This document shows, one piece after another, positions 48,880 to 58,656 of a DNA stretch of 64,000 nt. Every line of letters starts with the position of its first letter. Position 1 is the first letter of the stretch. Made by a program: the position numbers and the translations under genes. This DNA comes from Candidatus Eiseniibacteriota bacterium (GTDB taxonomy: Bacteria; Eisenbacteria; RBG-16-71-46): positions 1-64,000 of the forward strand of contig JBGAOA010000002.1 in assembly GCA_044222065.1 (NCBI GenBank), given 5' to 3'. The notes beneath the pieces were generated by a model. The model searched no databases and was not told the DNA's origin. It worked only from the letters and a program-made list of their open reading frames with translations.

Positions 48880-50303
48880 GTGAGCGAGACCCAGGAAAAG
48901 AAGCAGTTCGTCGAAGACCTGACCGACCAGTCCGACGACTTTTCGCGCTGGTACAACGAGGTCGTCCGCAAGGCGCAGCTCGCCGACTACTGGTGATCCG
49001 ACCCTACGGCTTCGGTTTGTGGGAGAACATGCAGGCGCGACTCGACCGCCGCATCAAGGACACGGGGCACCAGAACGCCTACTTCCCGCTCCTGATCCCG
49101 GAGAGCCTGCTCGCGCTCGAGGCCGAACACGTCGAAGGCTTCGCGCCGCAGGTCGCGTGGGTGACGCACGGCGGCACCGAGAAGCTCGAGGAGCGCTACT
49201 GCATCCGCCCGACGAGCGAGGCGATCATCGGCCACATGTACTCGAAGTGGATCGAGTCGTACCGCGACCTTCCGATCCTGATCAACCAGTGGGCGAACGT
49301 GATGCGCTGGGAAAAGGTCACGCGCCTGTTCCTTCGCACGGCCGAGTTCCTGTGGCAGGAGGGGCACACCGCGCACGCCGACGAGAAGGAAGCGATGGAG
49401 GAAGTGCTGCGGATGCTCGAGGTCTACCGGGACTTCGTCGAGAACGACCTCGCGCTGCCCGTGTGGCCGGGCCGGAAGAGCGACGCCGAGAAGTTCGCCG
49501 GCGCTTCCGCGACCTATTCCATCGAGGCGCTGATGCGCGACGGCAAGGCGCTGCAGGCCGGAACGTCGCACTACCTCGGCCAGCACTTCGCGAAGGTGTT
49601 CGACATCACGTTTCAGGACGAGAAGGGCGTACGCCAGCACGTCCATCAGACGTCGTGGGGCGTCTCGACGCGGCTCGTCGGCGGCATCGTCATGACGCAC
49701 GGCGACGACCACGGCCTCAAGCTGCCGCCGGTCGTGGCGCCGATCCAGGCGGTCGTCGTGCCGATCTGGCGCAAGGACGAGGATCGCGCGCAGGTGCTCG
49801 AGTTCGTGGGCAAGGTGCGCGAGGCGCTGCACGGCCGCGTGCGTCTGTTCGTGGACGACCGCGACCAGTACACGCCGGGCTGGAAGTACAACGAGTACGA
49901 ACTCCGCGGCGTTCCGGTGCGGCTCGAAGTCGGTCCGAAGGACGTCGCGAACCGCGCGGTGATGAGCGTGCGTCGCGACAGCCGCGCGAAGGAGTCCATT
50001 CCGCTCGACGCTCTCGCCACGCGGCTGCCGGCGCTGCTCGACGACCTGCAGCGTTCGCTGTTCGAGCAGGCGAAGGCGTTCCGCGACGAGAGCACCGTGT
50101 GGGCCGAGTCGCTGCCCGAGATCGAGGCGCACTTCGCCGAGAAGCGCGGCTACGTCGCGACGCCGTGGGACGGCGACGGCGGGTTCGAGGCCGAGGTGAA
50201 GGCGCGCACGATGGCGACGCTGCGCTGCGTGCCGCTCGACCAGTCCCGCTTCGCGGATCGCGCGCAGGGCCGGCCGTGGGCGCTGTTCGCGCGCGCGTAC
50301 TAG
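48880..50303 (+). CDS. proS: Prolyl-tRNA synthetase, archaeal/eukaryotic type; frameshifting deletion near 48990
   Basis: N-terminus DFSRWYNEVVRKAQLADY (48880 frame) joins VIRPYG (48993 frame); EAEHVEGFAPQ, RPTSE, QWANVMRWE, EFLWQEGHT, QAGTSH, terminal FARAY. Confidence 0.95.
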
Positions 50304-50316
50304 GAGCGTTCCGGGC

Positions 50317-51330
50317 GTGATCGCGGAGCGCGCGGCGTCGCAAGTCCCGCCGCCCGCGCTCGCCCGCGTGATCGTGCGCCTGCCGAACTGGCTCGGCGAC
50401 GCGCTGCTTGCCCGGCCGCTGCTGCACGCGCTGCGCGCCGCCCAGCCCGCGGCCGAGATCCACGCGCTCGTTCCGCCCGCGGTCGCGGCGCTGCTCGCGG
50501 GAGACGGCGTGTGGACCGCGTCGCACGCGCCGAAGCCCGATCCGGCGCCGGCGGCGCTGCACGGCGCCGACCTCGCGCTCGTGCTGCCGCCGTCGTTCTC
50601 GAGCGCGTGGCAGGCGTTGCGGCTCGGCGCCCGGGTGCGCGTCGGCTACGCGCACGAAGGCCGCTCGCCGCTGCTCACGCGCGCGCTGCGCCGCCCGCGC
50701 CGCGGGGACCTGCACCTGTCGCGCGAGTACGCGGCGCTCGGGAGCTGCGCGGGCGTGCCCGCGTCGCCGCCGATCCCTCCGCCGCTCGCGTTGGACGCTT
50801 CCGTGCGCGAGCGCGCCGGGGCGTGGCTCGAGGCGCGCGGCCTCGCGGGACGCCCGCTCGCGCTGCTCGGCCCCGGCGCCGTCTACGGACCTTCGAAGCG
50901 CTGGCCCGCGGAGCGCTTCGCCGAACTCGGCCGGCGGCTCGCCGCGCGCGGCCACGCGGTGCTCGCTTGCGGCACGGCGGCCGAGCGCGAGGCGTGCGAA
51001 CGCGTCGCCTCGGCGATTCCGGGCGCTCGCAGCGGCGCGGGCGACACCGACCTCGTGCTGCAGGCGGCGCTGTGCGGCCGCGCGGCGGTCGCCGTGTGCA
51101 ACGACTCGGGACTCGCGCACCTCGCAGCGGCGGCCGGCGCGCCGACCGTCGCGATCTTCGGGTCCACGAGCAGCGCGTGGACGGCGCCCGTCGGCGGCCG
51201 CGTGCGGGTCGTGCAGCGGCCGCCGGTCTGCTCGCCGTGCTTCCGGCGCACGTGCGCGATCGGATTCGAGTGCCTGACGCGCGTCGAGGTCGAACGCGTG
51301 GACGCGGCCTGCCGGGAGCTCGCCGCGTGA
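50317..51330 (+). CDS. waaF: Lipopolysaccharide heptosyltransferase II (GT9)
   Basis: RLPNWLGDA, LPPSFSSA, GPGAVYGPSKRWP, NDSGLAHLAAA, IFGST, CSPCFRRTC. Confidence 0.85.
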   Translation: MIAERAASQVPPPALARVIVRLPNWLGDALLARPLLHALRAAQPAAEIHALVPPAVAALLAGDGVWTASHAPKPDPAPAALHGADLALVLPPSFSSAWQALRLGARVRVGYAHEGRSPLLTRALRRPRRGDLHLSREYAALGSCAGVPASPPIPPPLALDASVRERAGAWLEARGLAGRPLALLGPGAVYGPSKRWPAERFAELGRRLAARGHAVLACGTAAEREACERVASAIPGARSGAGDTDLVLQAALCGRAAVAVCNDSGLAHLAAAAGAPTVAIFGSTSSAWTAPVGGRVRVVQRPPVCSPCFRRTCAIGFECLTRVEVERVDAACRELAA

Positions 51331-52403
51331 GGCTGCTCGTCGCCGAGGGCGCGGGGCTCGCGCCGCGACTGGAGCGCGCCGCGCTCGCGCTCGCGCGTCG
51401 CGGCCACCTCGTCCACTGGTTCGGCCGCTCGGCGGCGCGCCACGCGACGCGCGTGCCCGGCGTGCGCCCCGTCCGCCGCCGCTTCGACGTCGCCGGGCTC
51501 GACGTGGACGCCGTCGTCGCGGACGCGGCGCACCCCGCCGGCGCCGCGCTCCTCGCCTGGCTCGCGCGCGCGGGCGTCCTGATGCTCGACGTGCGCGCGG
51601 CGCGGCTCGCGCGCTGGAACGCGCTCGACCACTGGGCGTGGGGCATGGCCTACAGCGTCGCGCTCGTGACGCCGGACGATGCGGAGGCCGTGCGCGGCGG
51701 GCCGCACGGTCTGCCGCTCGATCGTTTCGGGCTCTGGCCGGACGCGGAGTCGGACGCCGAGGACCCGGCCGGGGACGACGCGGAAGTTCTCGAGCGCGCG
51801 CTCGAACGCGCGCTCGCGAGACGGCGCGGACGCGCGCCGCGGCCGGCGGCGTTCTTCGACCGTGACGGAACGCTGATCGTCGAGCGCGGCTACCTGTCCG
51901 ACCCGGCCGACGTGGAACTGGTGCCGGGTGCGGCCGAGGCGCTTCGCGAACTGCGGGCCGGCGGCTACGCGCTCGTCGTCGTCTCGAACCAGTCCGGGGT
52001 CGGCCGAGGTTACTTCACGGCCGGCGACGTCCACGCCGCGATGGCGCGGCTTCGCGAGGTGCTGCGGGCCGAGGGCGTGGAACTCGACGCGATCTACTTC
52101 TGCCCGCACGCGCCCGAGGCCGGCTGCGCGTGCCGCAAGCCCGGCACGGCGCTGCTCGAGCGCGCGTCCGAAGACCTCGTGCTCGACCTGACTCGCTCGG
52201 TCATGACGGGGGACAAGCGCATCGACGCCGAGTGCGGACAACGCGCGGGCGGCCGCGGCCTGCTGCTGCGCTCGGGGTACGGCCGCGAAGAAGAGCAGCG
52301 CGCGGCCGGGAGCGAGGGGCTCGCGCCCGACGCGGTGTGCGACGACCTCGCGGCGGCGGCGGCGTGGATGCTCGACGCGCTCGCGGCGCGTTCGCGCGAC
52401 TGA
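51327..52403 (+). CDS. gmhB: D-glycero-D-manno-heptose 1,7-bisphosphate phosphatase with an extra N-terminal domain of about 170 aa
   Basis: FFDRDGTL, VSNQSGVGRG, FCPHAPEAGCACRKPG, GDKRID. Confidence 0.88.
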   Translation: MRLLVAEGAGLAPRLERAALALARRGHLVHWFGRSAARHATRVPGVRPVRRRFDVAGLDVDAVVADAAHPAGAALLAWLARAGVLMLDVRAARLARWNALDHWAWGMAYSVALVTPDDAEAVRGGPHGLPLDRFGLWPDAESDAEDPAGDDAEVLERALERALARRRGRAPRPAAFFDRDGTLIVERGYLSDPADVELVPGAAEALRELRAGGYALVVVSNQSGVGRGYFTAGDVHAAMARLREVLRAEGVELDAIYFCPHAPEAGCACRKPGTALLERASEDLVLDLTRSVMTGDKRIDAECGQRAGGRGLLLRSGYGREEEQRAAGSEGLAPDAVCDDLAAAAAWMLDALAARSRD

Positions 52404-53489
52404 CTAGCGGGCGGGCTCGAGCCGCAGCTCGAAGCCCGAGCCGTCCGCGGCGCGGTGGTACGTGAGCGCGTAGCCCGCGAGGGCGGTCTGGCGGCGTTCG
52501 ATCCAGCGCTCCTCGACGAGCTCGTCGAGGTTCCGCGGGTAGCTTCCGCGGTCGCGGCGGAACAGCTCGATCGCCGTGCGCAGGTCGCGTTCGGCCGCGA
52601 CCGCGAACACGTCGCCGGCCGGCGGCGCGAGCGAGGCGCGATCCACCGCGCCCGAGACGAGCCGCAGCGCGAGGACGATTCCGACGCACGCAGCGCCCAT
52701 GACGACCTCGCGCCACCACGGTCGCTGCTCCGCGGGGTGCAGCGCCGGCGCCTGCTCTTCCTCGACGATCTGCACGCCGGGGTCGCGGCGCCCCGTGATC
52801 TCGATCCACTGCGCTTCGAGCATGCGGTGGAGCGCTTCGTAGGTTTCGTACTCCGACATGGTCGAGTCCGCGGCGATCTGCTCGACCGTGTGCTGGCCGT
52901 CGATCAGACCGAACAGCTCGCGCTCCTCCTCGGAGAGCGGGTCGTTCGGGTCGGGGAGGTCGCGGACGCCGAGCAGCTGGTACGGGTCGCGGAAGACGGT
53001 GACGAAGCGCTTCTGTTCGTCCACGCGCCGCGCCGCTTCGATCAGCGCGCCCTCGATGCTGAGCCGCAGGAGCGGCGGATTCGGCCAGCGCGCGTTGGGA
53101 TCGAAGCGGTACGCGCCGTCCTCCCAGCGCACGATGCGCGACAGGTCGTCGAGCACCTGGCGCTCCGCGAACGCGGCGAGTTCGTCGGCCTCGAGGTAGC
53201 GTCCGTTCACGAGCAGGTCCTCGAGATCGCGACCGGATTCGCGATGGATCGTCGTGAGGCCGCGATGCTGCTCGTCCGAGAGGCGGTTGACCTTCAAGAG
53301 GAACTTGAGCAGCGGATCGTCCTTCGACATGCCCGGGTTACGAGTCGAGACGATGCGGCCTTCGATCACGTACACGACCGCGTGCTCGCTGTTCCACTCG
53401 AGCAGGAGGCAGCCGGTCTTCTTCTGCGAGCCGAGCAGCTGCAGGATTTCGGTGGCGGAGAAGTCGCGGAGATTGCCCTGGAGCGCCAT
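52404..53489 (-). CDS. DUF4388 (PatA-N-like) protein with a transmembrane helix and a C-terminal GspG/pseudopilin-like domain
   Basis: MALQGNLRDFSATEILQLLGSQKKTGCL, WEDGAYRF, IEAARRVDE; C-terminus LRTAIELFRRDRGSYPRNLDELV. Confidence 0.8.
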   Translation of the reverse strand: MALQGNLRDFSATEILQLLGSQKKTGCLLLEWNSEHAVVYVIEGRIVSTRNPGMSKDDPLLKFLLKVNRLSDEQHRGLTTIHRESGRDLEDLLVNGRYLEADELAAFAERQVLDDLSRIVRWEDGAYRFDPNARWPNPPLLRLSIEGALIEAARRVDEQKRFVTVFRDPYQLLGVRDLPDPNDPLSEEERELFGLIDGQHTVEQIAADSTMSEYETYEALHRMLEAQWIEITGRRDPGVQIVEEEQAPALHPAEQRPWWREVVMGAACVGIVLALRLVSGAVDRASLAPPAGDVFAVAAERDLRTAIELFRRDRGSYPRNLDELVEERWIERRQTALAGYALTYHRAADGSGFELRLEPAR

Positions 53490-53498
53490 CGTGAGGTC

Positions 53499-55487
53499 CT
53501 AGGCGGCGGCCGAAGGAACGTGCCGCGACGCCTGGACGGCGCGGCTGCGGGTCGGGGCCTGGAGCATCGCTTCCTGCGCGCGCTTCCGGCCGAGGCGGTG
53601 GAAGTAGCCCGTGATCGAGACGAGGTAGACGAACGCCCACAGAGCCGCGAGCACGGGCAGGGGCAGGAGGGAGTCGGCGAGCGCGAGGCGCGGTTCGTAC
53701 GCGAACGGCGCGCGGAAGCCGATCCAGCCCGCGACGAGCGTCGAGACGAGCGTCAGCAGGAACGTCGCGCCGAACACGCGTCCGAAGGACAGCAGGCCGA
53801 CGCCCGGCACGAGCGTCGCGAACGTCGTGCGAAGGAGGTGCGTGCGGCCTTCGACGCGGCGGCGGTGCTGGAGCAGGAGCACGCGCGCGAACTCGGGGCT
53901 CTCGGCGCGCGACTCGACGGCCGCGCACGCCGAGCACAACGCGATCTCGCGGCGCCGCTGCGCGCAGCGCCGGCACAGCACGGCGTCGCAGTTGCTGCAG
54001 CGCCGCAGCGGCAGCAGCTGGTGCATCCGGCGGCCGACCACGAGGCCGCCGATGGCGAGGAGCAGGGCCGCGACCGCGAACGGCCAGCCGGCGCCCTCGA
54101 TGCGCACGCGCCACCACGGCGGCAGTGCGCGCGAGGGGTCGCCGCTCGCGCGCACCTCGCCGATCGCGGACCAGAAGGTCTCGGGGGCGAGCCACTGGTC
54201 GGCGAGCGCGAGGCCGCCGTCGTCGGTGCCCTGCGACTGGTAGGTGCGGACGAGTTCGAAGTCGAGCGCGCTCGCACGCGTGAGCGCATCGCTCGCGGGC
54301 TTGTAGTCGAAGCGCTGCGTGTAGATTTGCGAGGCATTGAAGAAGGCCGCGGCATTCGCGGGGTTGATTTTCTGCGCTTTTTCGTACAGCGGCAGCGCGT
54401 CGCCGGCGCGGCCCTGCGCGGCGAGCAGGTTGCCGAGGTTGTTCAGGATCCGGTCGTCCTGCGGCCGCAGTTCGAGCGCGCGCCGATACTCCGCCTCGGC
54501 GAGCGGGAGATGTCCGCCCCGCCGGGCCGTCCAGGCGAGCCCGAAGTGCAGGTACGGGTTGTCCTCGTGCTCCCGGACGAGCTGTCGCAGCCGGGCCTCG
54601 CGCGCCTCGGAGTACGGTTCGTTCTCGACCATCGTGACGCCGTAGAAGGGACCGCGCCCCTCGTTGAGCGGCGTGACGAGCCGGTCGAGTCCGATCGCGA
54701 CGAACGGCGACGCGACGCAGGCGAGCGTGAGCACGACGAACACGAAGCGCTCGCGCGGACGCAGCTCGTGCCACAGCCATCCGAGGATGAACAGCGTGGG
54801 GAGCACGGGGCCGAGACCGGCGAAGTAGGGGAGGACGACGACGGCCCACGCCCACCAGCGCGACGTGTCCGCCCGCAGCCATCCCGAAAGGCGCTCGTGC
54901 ACGACGTGGTGGATCTCGCGTGCGTGAACGACGGCGAGAACGAACGCCGCCGCGAACAGGCCGAGGAAGATGGACTGAAGGCCGAGGTAGAGGACGTTCG
55001 CGAGCAGCGCGTGCTGCAGCGTGAAGTTGCGCCGCGCGAGTTCGATCACGTTCGCGTACTGGACGAGCGCCTGCCCGGGCTCGCTGAGGAGCGTCCACGA
55101 GGCGAGCGTCAGGTGCGGCGCGACGAACGTGGGATCGAGTTCGGCGGCGCCGCGCAGGTAACGCACGGCCTGGTCGCCCGCGCCGGCTTCGTGCGCGACG
55201 AGCCCGCGGCGGTAGTAGAGGCGCGCTTCCTGAGGAAGCGAGGCGATATGGTGCCGGACTCGGTAGTCGAGCCACGCCTCGAGGTCGCGAAGGTCCGCCG
55301 GCGGGGCGTCGGCGGGAGTCGCGCTCGCGGGCGCCGTGGCGTGCGCGGCGGTCTCGGGGGAGGCCGTTGCCTCCGACTGCGCGCGCGAAGGCGCCGGCGC
55401 GAGCGCGCACGCGAGGAGAACGGCGAGCGTCACGAGGAGGTGCGCATTCCATCTGGCGCGCACACGATCATCCTGGATTCGCGTCAT
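53499..55487 (-). CDS. Multi-pass membrane TPR protein with a Cys-rich (Zn-finger-like) C-terminal region
   Basis: Signal peptide, TPRs ([21 protein letters not shown]), transmembrane segments, [12 protein letters not shown]...LCSAC. Confidence 0.8.
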   Translation of the reverse strand: MTRIQDDRVRARWNAHLLVTLAVLLACALAPAPSRAQSEATASPETAAHATAPASATPADAPPADLRDLEAWLDYRVRHHIASLPQEARLYYRRGLVAHEAGAGDQAVRYLRGAAELDPTFVAPHLTLASWTLLSEPGQALVQYANVIELARRNFTLQHALLANVLYLGLQSIFLGLFAAAFVLAVVHAREIHHVVHERLSGWLRADTSRWWAWAVVVLPYFAGLGPVLPTLFILGWLWHELRPRERFVFVVLTLACVASPFVAIGLDRLVTPLNEGRGPFYGVTMVENEPYSEAREARLRQLVREHEDNPYLHFGLAWTARRGGHLPLAEAEYRRALELRPQDDRILNNLGNLLAAQGRAGDALPLYEKAQKINPANAAAFFNASQIYTQRFDYKPASDALTRASALDFELVRTYQSQGTDDGGLALADQWLAPETFWSAIGEVRASGDPSRALPPWWRVRIEGAGWPFAVAALLLAIGGLVVGRRMHQLLPLRRCSNCDAVLCRRCAQRRREIALCSACAAVESRAESPEFARVLLLQHRRRVEGRTHLLRTTFATLVPGVGLLSFGRVFGATFLLTLVSTLVAGWIGFRAPFAYEPRLALADSLLPLPVLAALWAFVYLVSITGYFHRLGRKRAQEAMLQAPTRSRAVQASRHVPSAAA

Positions 55488-55501
55488 GGCGTGGCCATCC
55501 C

Positions 55502-55531
55502 TTGACAGTGCGCGGGAACGGCTCCTAACGT
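55502..55531 (+). promoter_or_regulatory. Putative sigma70 promoter for asnS
   Basis: TTGACA-N18-TAACGT. Confidence 0.55.
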
Positions 55532-55677
55532 CCCGTTCGCCCGCCGGAGTTGTCGGCCCGCCGCGCCCCGTTCTTCATCGGTTTCGCGTGCGAGGGGTCG
55601 CCTTCGGCCCGAAATCCCGGCCTTTCCGGGGGATTTCGAAGCCTCACGTACCCCGAGCCCGAGCTTCCGGAGCGCAC

Positions 55678-56985
55678 ATGACCGGTCCCGCCGTTCCCTG
55701 GATTCGCATCGCCGACGGCCCCGCGCACGTCGGTCAGTCCGTCGAGATCCGCGGTTGGATTTCGCACCGCCGGTCGAGTGGCAAGGTCGCCTTCCTCGTC
55801 GTGCGGGACGGGAGCGGCGTGATGCAGTGCGTCGCGGGGGTGAAGGATGTGCCCGCGGAGCAATGGGAGACGATCGCCGCGCTCGGTCAGGAAGCCGCGA
55901 TCATCGTGACGGGGGCGCTCCGCGCCGATGCCCGTTCGCCGGGCGGCGTCGAACTCGGCATCCAGTCGCTTCGGCTCGTCGGACCTTCGGTGGACTACCC
56001 GATCTCGCCGAAGGAGCACGGCACGGACTTCCTCATGGACCACCGCCACCTGTGGCTGCGCTCGAGCCGCCAGCACGCGATCCTGCGCGTGCGCGCGGAG
56101 ATCATCTCGGCGTTCCGGGACTTCATGGACGGCGAGGGTTTCCTGCTCGTGGACGCGCCGATCTTCACGCCGGCCGCGTGCGAGGGCACGACGACGCTGT
56201 TCGAGACGCAGTACTTCGAGGACAAGGCCTACCTGACGCAGAGCGGCCAACTCTACAGCGAGGCGGCGGCCATGGCGTTCGGCCGCGTGTACTGCTTCGG
56301 CCCCGCTTTCCGCGCCGAGAAGAGCAAGACGCGCCGGCACCTGATCGAGTTCTGGATGATGGAGCCCGAGTGGGCGTGGGCGTCGCTCGACGACGTCATC
56401 GACCTCGAGGAGCGGCTGCTGCTCTACACGATCGGGCGAGTGCTCGACCGGCGGCGGTCCGAACTCGCGACGATCGAACGCGACGTGACGAAGCTCGAGC
56501 GGATTCGCGGGCCGTTCCCGCGCATCGAGTACAACGAGGCCGTGGACTTCCTGCACTCGAAGGGCATGGCGTTCGAGTGGGGCAACGACTTCGGCGCTCC
56601 CGACGAGACCGCGATCTCGGAGCAGTACGAGACGCCGGTGTTCGTGAAGCACTACCCGGCCGCGGTGAAGGCGTTCTACATGGAGCCGCACCCCGAGGAC
56701 GAGCGGCTCTGCCTGTCGTGCGATTGCCTCGCCCCCGAGGGCTACGGGGAAATCGTCGGCGGCGGCCAGCGCATGACGTCGCTCGACCTGCTCAATCGCC
56801 GCATCGACGAGCACGGTCTGCCGCACGAGGCGTTCGAGTGGTACAAGGACCTGCGCCGTTACGGTTCCGTGCCGCACTCGGGCTTCGGCATCGGCGTCGA
56901 GCGCACACTCGCGTGGCTGTGCGGGCTCGAACACGTGCGCGAGTCGATTCCGTTCCCGCGCATGCTGTACCGCCTGCGTCCGTGA
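55678..56985 (+). CDS. asnS: Asparaginyl-tRNA synthetase
   Basis: [62 protein letters not shown]. Confidence 0.96.
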   Translation: MTGPAVPWIRIADGPAHVGQSVEIRGWISHRRSSGKVAFLVVRDGSGVMQCVAGVKDVPAEQWETIAALGQEAAIIVTGALRADARSPGGVELGIQSLRLVGPSVDYPISPKEHGTDFLMDHRHLWLRSSRQHAILRVRAEIISAFRDFMDGEGFLLVDAPIFTPAACEGTTTLFETQYFEDKAYLTQSGQLYSEAAAMAFGRVYCFGPAFRAEKSKTRRHLIEFWMMEPEWAWASLDDVIDLEERLLLYTIGRVLDRRRSELATIERDVTKLERIRGPFPRIEYNEAVDFLHSKGMAFEWGNDFGAPDETAISEQYETPVFVKHYPAAVKAFYMEPHPEDERLCLSCDCLAPEGYGEIVGGGQRMTSLDLLNRRIDEHGLPHEAFEWYKDLRRYGSVPHSGFGIGVERTLAWLCGLEHVRESIPFPRMLYRLRP

Positions 56986-57003
56986 TCGGCGGGCGCCGCG
57001 CGC

Positions 57004-58521
57004 TCAGCGCCGGCGCCAGATCTGCAACTCGGCTTCGCCGCCGCCGCCGCGAACGCGCTCGTACTCGCCGAGCACTTCGTCGCGCTCGGCGAGAGAGCGG
57101 AACGGCGCGCCGCGCCCCGCGAAGGCCTCGCCCGACTCGAGCACGGAGCCGCGCAGGACGAGCCAGCGCGGACGGCGTTCACGCACGACGTCCGTGTACC
57201 AGCCCGGGCCCTGCATGCGTCGCCGCGCGATCTCGGGCGTGACGAGTCCGACTTCGTCGAGCACGCGCACGGGCGCGAGCCAGCCGACGAAGCCGATCGG
57301 TTCGAGCAGCACGGCGTCGCCGGGCGTGGCGTTCGCGGCGAGGTAGCGGCCCGCGCTCGCGAACGACGAGTACTCGGCCTGGGCACGGCCGACGTAGAGC
57401 GGCACCGCCACGAACCACACGCCGAGCACGAACGCCGCGGTCGCGATGCGCAATGCGCGCGAGGAGGCGATCACGCCGAACCCGAGCGCGGCCCAGAGCG
57501 CGAGCGCCGCGAGCGGCAGCGCGAGATACCAGTAGAAGTACGCGACACCGAGCAGCGCGTAACCGAGCCACACGGCGACACCGCCTGCGATCGCGGCGGC
57601 GAGCGGGGTCGAGCGGAGCGGCAGGAGCCGCGGCAGTCCCACGACGAGCGAGGCGGCGAACGGAATCGAGAGCGAGACGAGCAGCTGAGTCTCGGCGAGC
57701 CGCGGCCAGCCGGCGAACGGGAACGGCACGATCCAGTCCCACCAGTGTCGGCCGAGCCACGGGCCCGGGGTGCCGTAGAGCTGCGACTTGGCGATGAGAC
57801 TCTGCGGCACGGGCGATCCGAACGCCCACGCGAGCCCGGCGAGGCCGACGGCGACGATCGCGAGCGCGACGAGTCGCTCGCGCCAGCCGGCCCACAGCGC
57901 CACCACGCACGCCGCCACGACGCCCTCGGGACGCCAGAGGGCGAGGAGCGCGAGCGCCGGGCCTCCCGCGGGATGCCGCGCGTGCGCGAGCAGGGCGGCG
58001 ACGAGCAGCAGGGCGATCATCGGCGAGTTCTCCATCCCCGACATCGCCACGGCGGGGAAGAGCGGCCAGGCCGCGTAGAAGAGCGTGAACGCCCAGGCGC
58101 ACCGGGCATCGACGTGGCGCTCGAGCAGCCGGCCCGCGATCAGGATCGTCGCGAAGTCCGCGATCAGCGCGGTCGCGCGCGCGAGCGCGAGCGGTGCGTG
58201 CAGGAGCGCTTCACCCGCCGCCATCCAGAGCGTCCACGGCGGCGACGTGAAGCCGAACACCGGAGCGCCGGGATTGAAGACGAATCCGTGACCTGCGGCG
58301 AGGTTCCTCGCGAATCGAAACGTGATGTACGCGTCTTCGGAGGCGTACGGCAGCACGATCCACAGCGCGACACGCGCAACCAGCGCGAGCGCCAGCGGCA
58401 GCAGGTAGGGTCCGCGCACGTCGAGCGCGCGAGTGACGGAGGGAAGCGATCCGCCGGCCGAGTTCGGGCGAGCGACGGCGGGATCGGATGAGGCGGACGA
58501 GAGGCGCGAGCGGCGGGACAT
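57004..58521 (-). CDS. Integral-membrane GT-C-type glycosyltransferase (polyprenol-phosphate-sugar dependent)
   Basis: EDAYITFRFARNLAAGHG..FNPG..GFTSP, SGMEN, RPEG; many transmembrane helices. Confidence 0.75.
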   Translation of the reverse strand: MSRRSRLSSASSDPAVARPNSAGGSLPSVTRALDVRGPYLLPLALALVARVALWIVLPYASEDAYITFRFARNLAAGHGFVFNPGAPVFGFTSPPWTLWMAAGEALLHAPLALARATALIADFATILIAGRLLERHVDARCAWAFTLFYAAWPLFPAVAMSGMENSPMIALLLVAALLAHARHPAGGPALALLALWRPEGVVAACVVALWAGWRERLVALAIVAVGLAGLAWAFGSPVPQSLIAKSQLYGTPGPWLGRHWWDWIVPFPFAGWPRLAETQLLVSLSIPFAASLVVGLPRLLPLRSTPLAAAIAGGVAVWLGYALLGVAYFYWYLALPLAALALWAALGFGVIASSRALRIATAAFVLGVWFVAVPLYVGRAQAEYSSFASAGRYLAANATPGDAVLLEPIGFVGWLAPVRVLDEVGLVTPEIARRRMQGPGWYTDVVRERRPRWLVLRGSVLESGEAFAGRGAPFRSLAERDEVLGEYERVRGGGGEAELQIWRRR

Positions 58522-58530
58522 GGGGCGCGG

Positions 58531-58560
58531 AGTCTAGGAAGAGGCTCTCGGGTCCGGCAA
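58531..58560 (-). promoter_or_regulatory. Putative sigma70 promoter for the GT-C gene (very short leader)
   Basis: Minus strand reads TTGCCG-N18-TAGACT, 9 nt before the ATG. Confidence 0.5.
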
Positions 58561-58575
58561 GCGGGATCGCGGTTC

Positions 58576-58604
58576 TTGACACCCCTTGAACCGGTCACTA
58601 ACGT
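58576..58604 (+). promoter_or_regulatory. Putative sigma70 promoter for the PstS-like/TPR/STAS/exb operon
   Basis: TTGACA-N17-TAACGT; a second candidate TTGACT-N18-TAAAAT lies at 58652-58681. Confidence 0.55.
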
Positions 58605-58656
58605 CGCGCCTCCGTTCGTCTCCTTGAGGCACAGGAAGCTCAGATCGGACATTGAC

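Noticed and set aside
48985..49000. Programmed frameshift or stop readthrough in proS (TAC TGG TGA)
   Set aside because: Conserved residues are missing altogether and there is no slippery sequence, so an assembly deletion is more likely.
58576..58656. TTG start at 58576 for the PstS-like gene
   Set aside because: It coincides with a TTGACA -35 box. A downstream start near 58657 gives a more plausible signal peptide.
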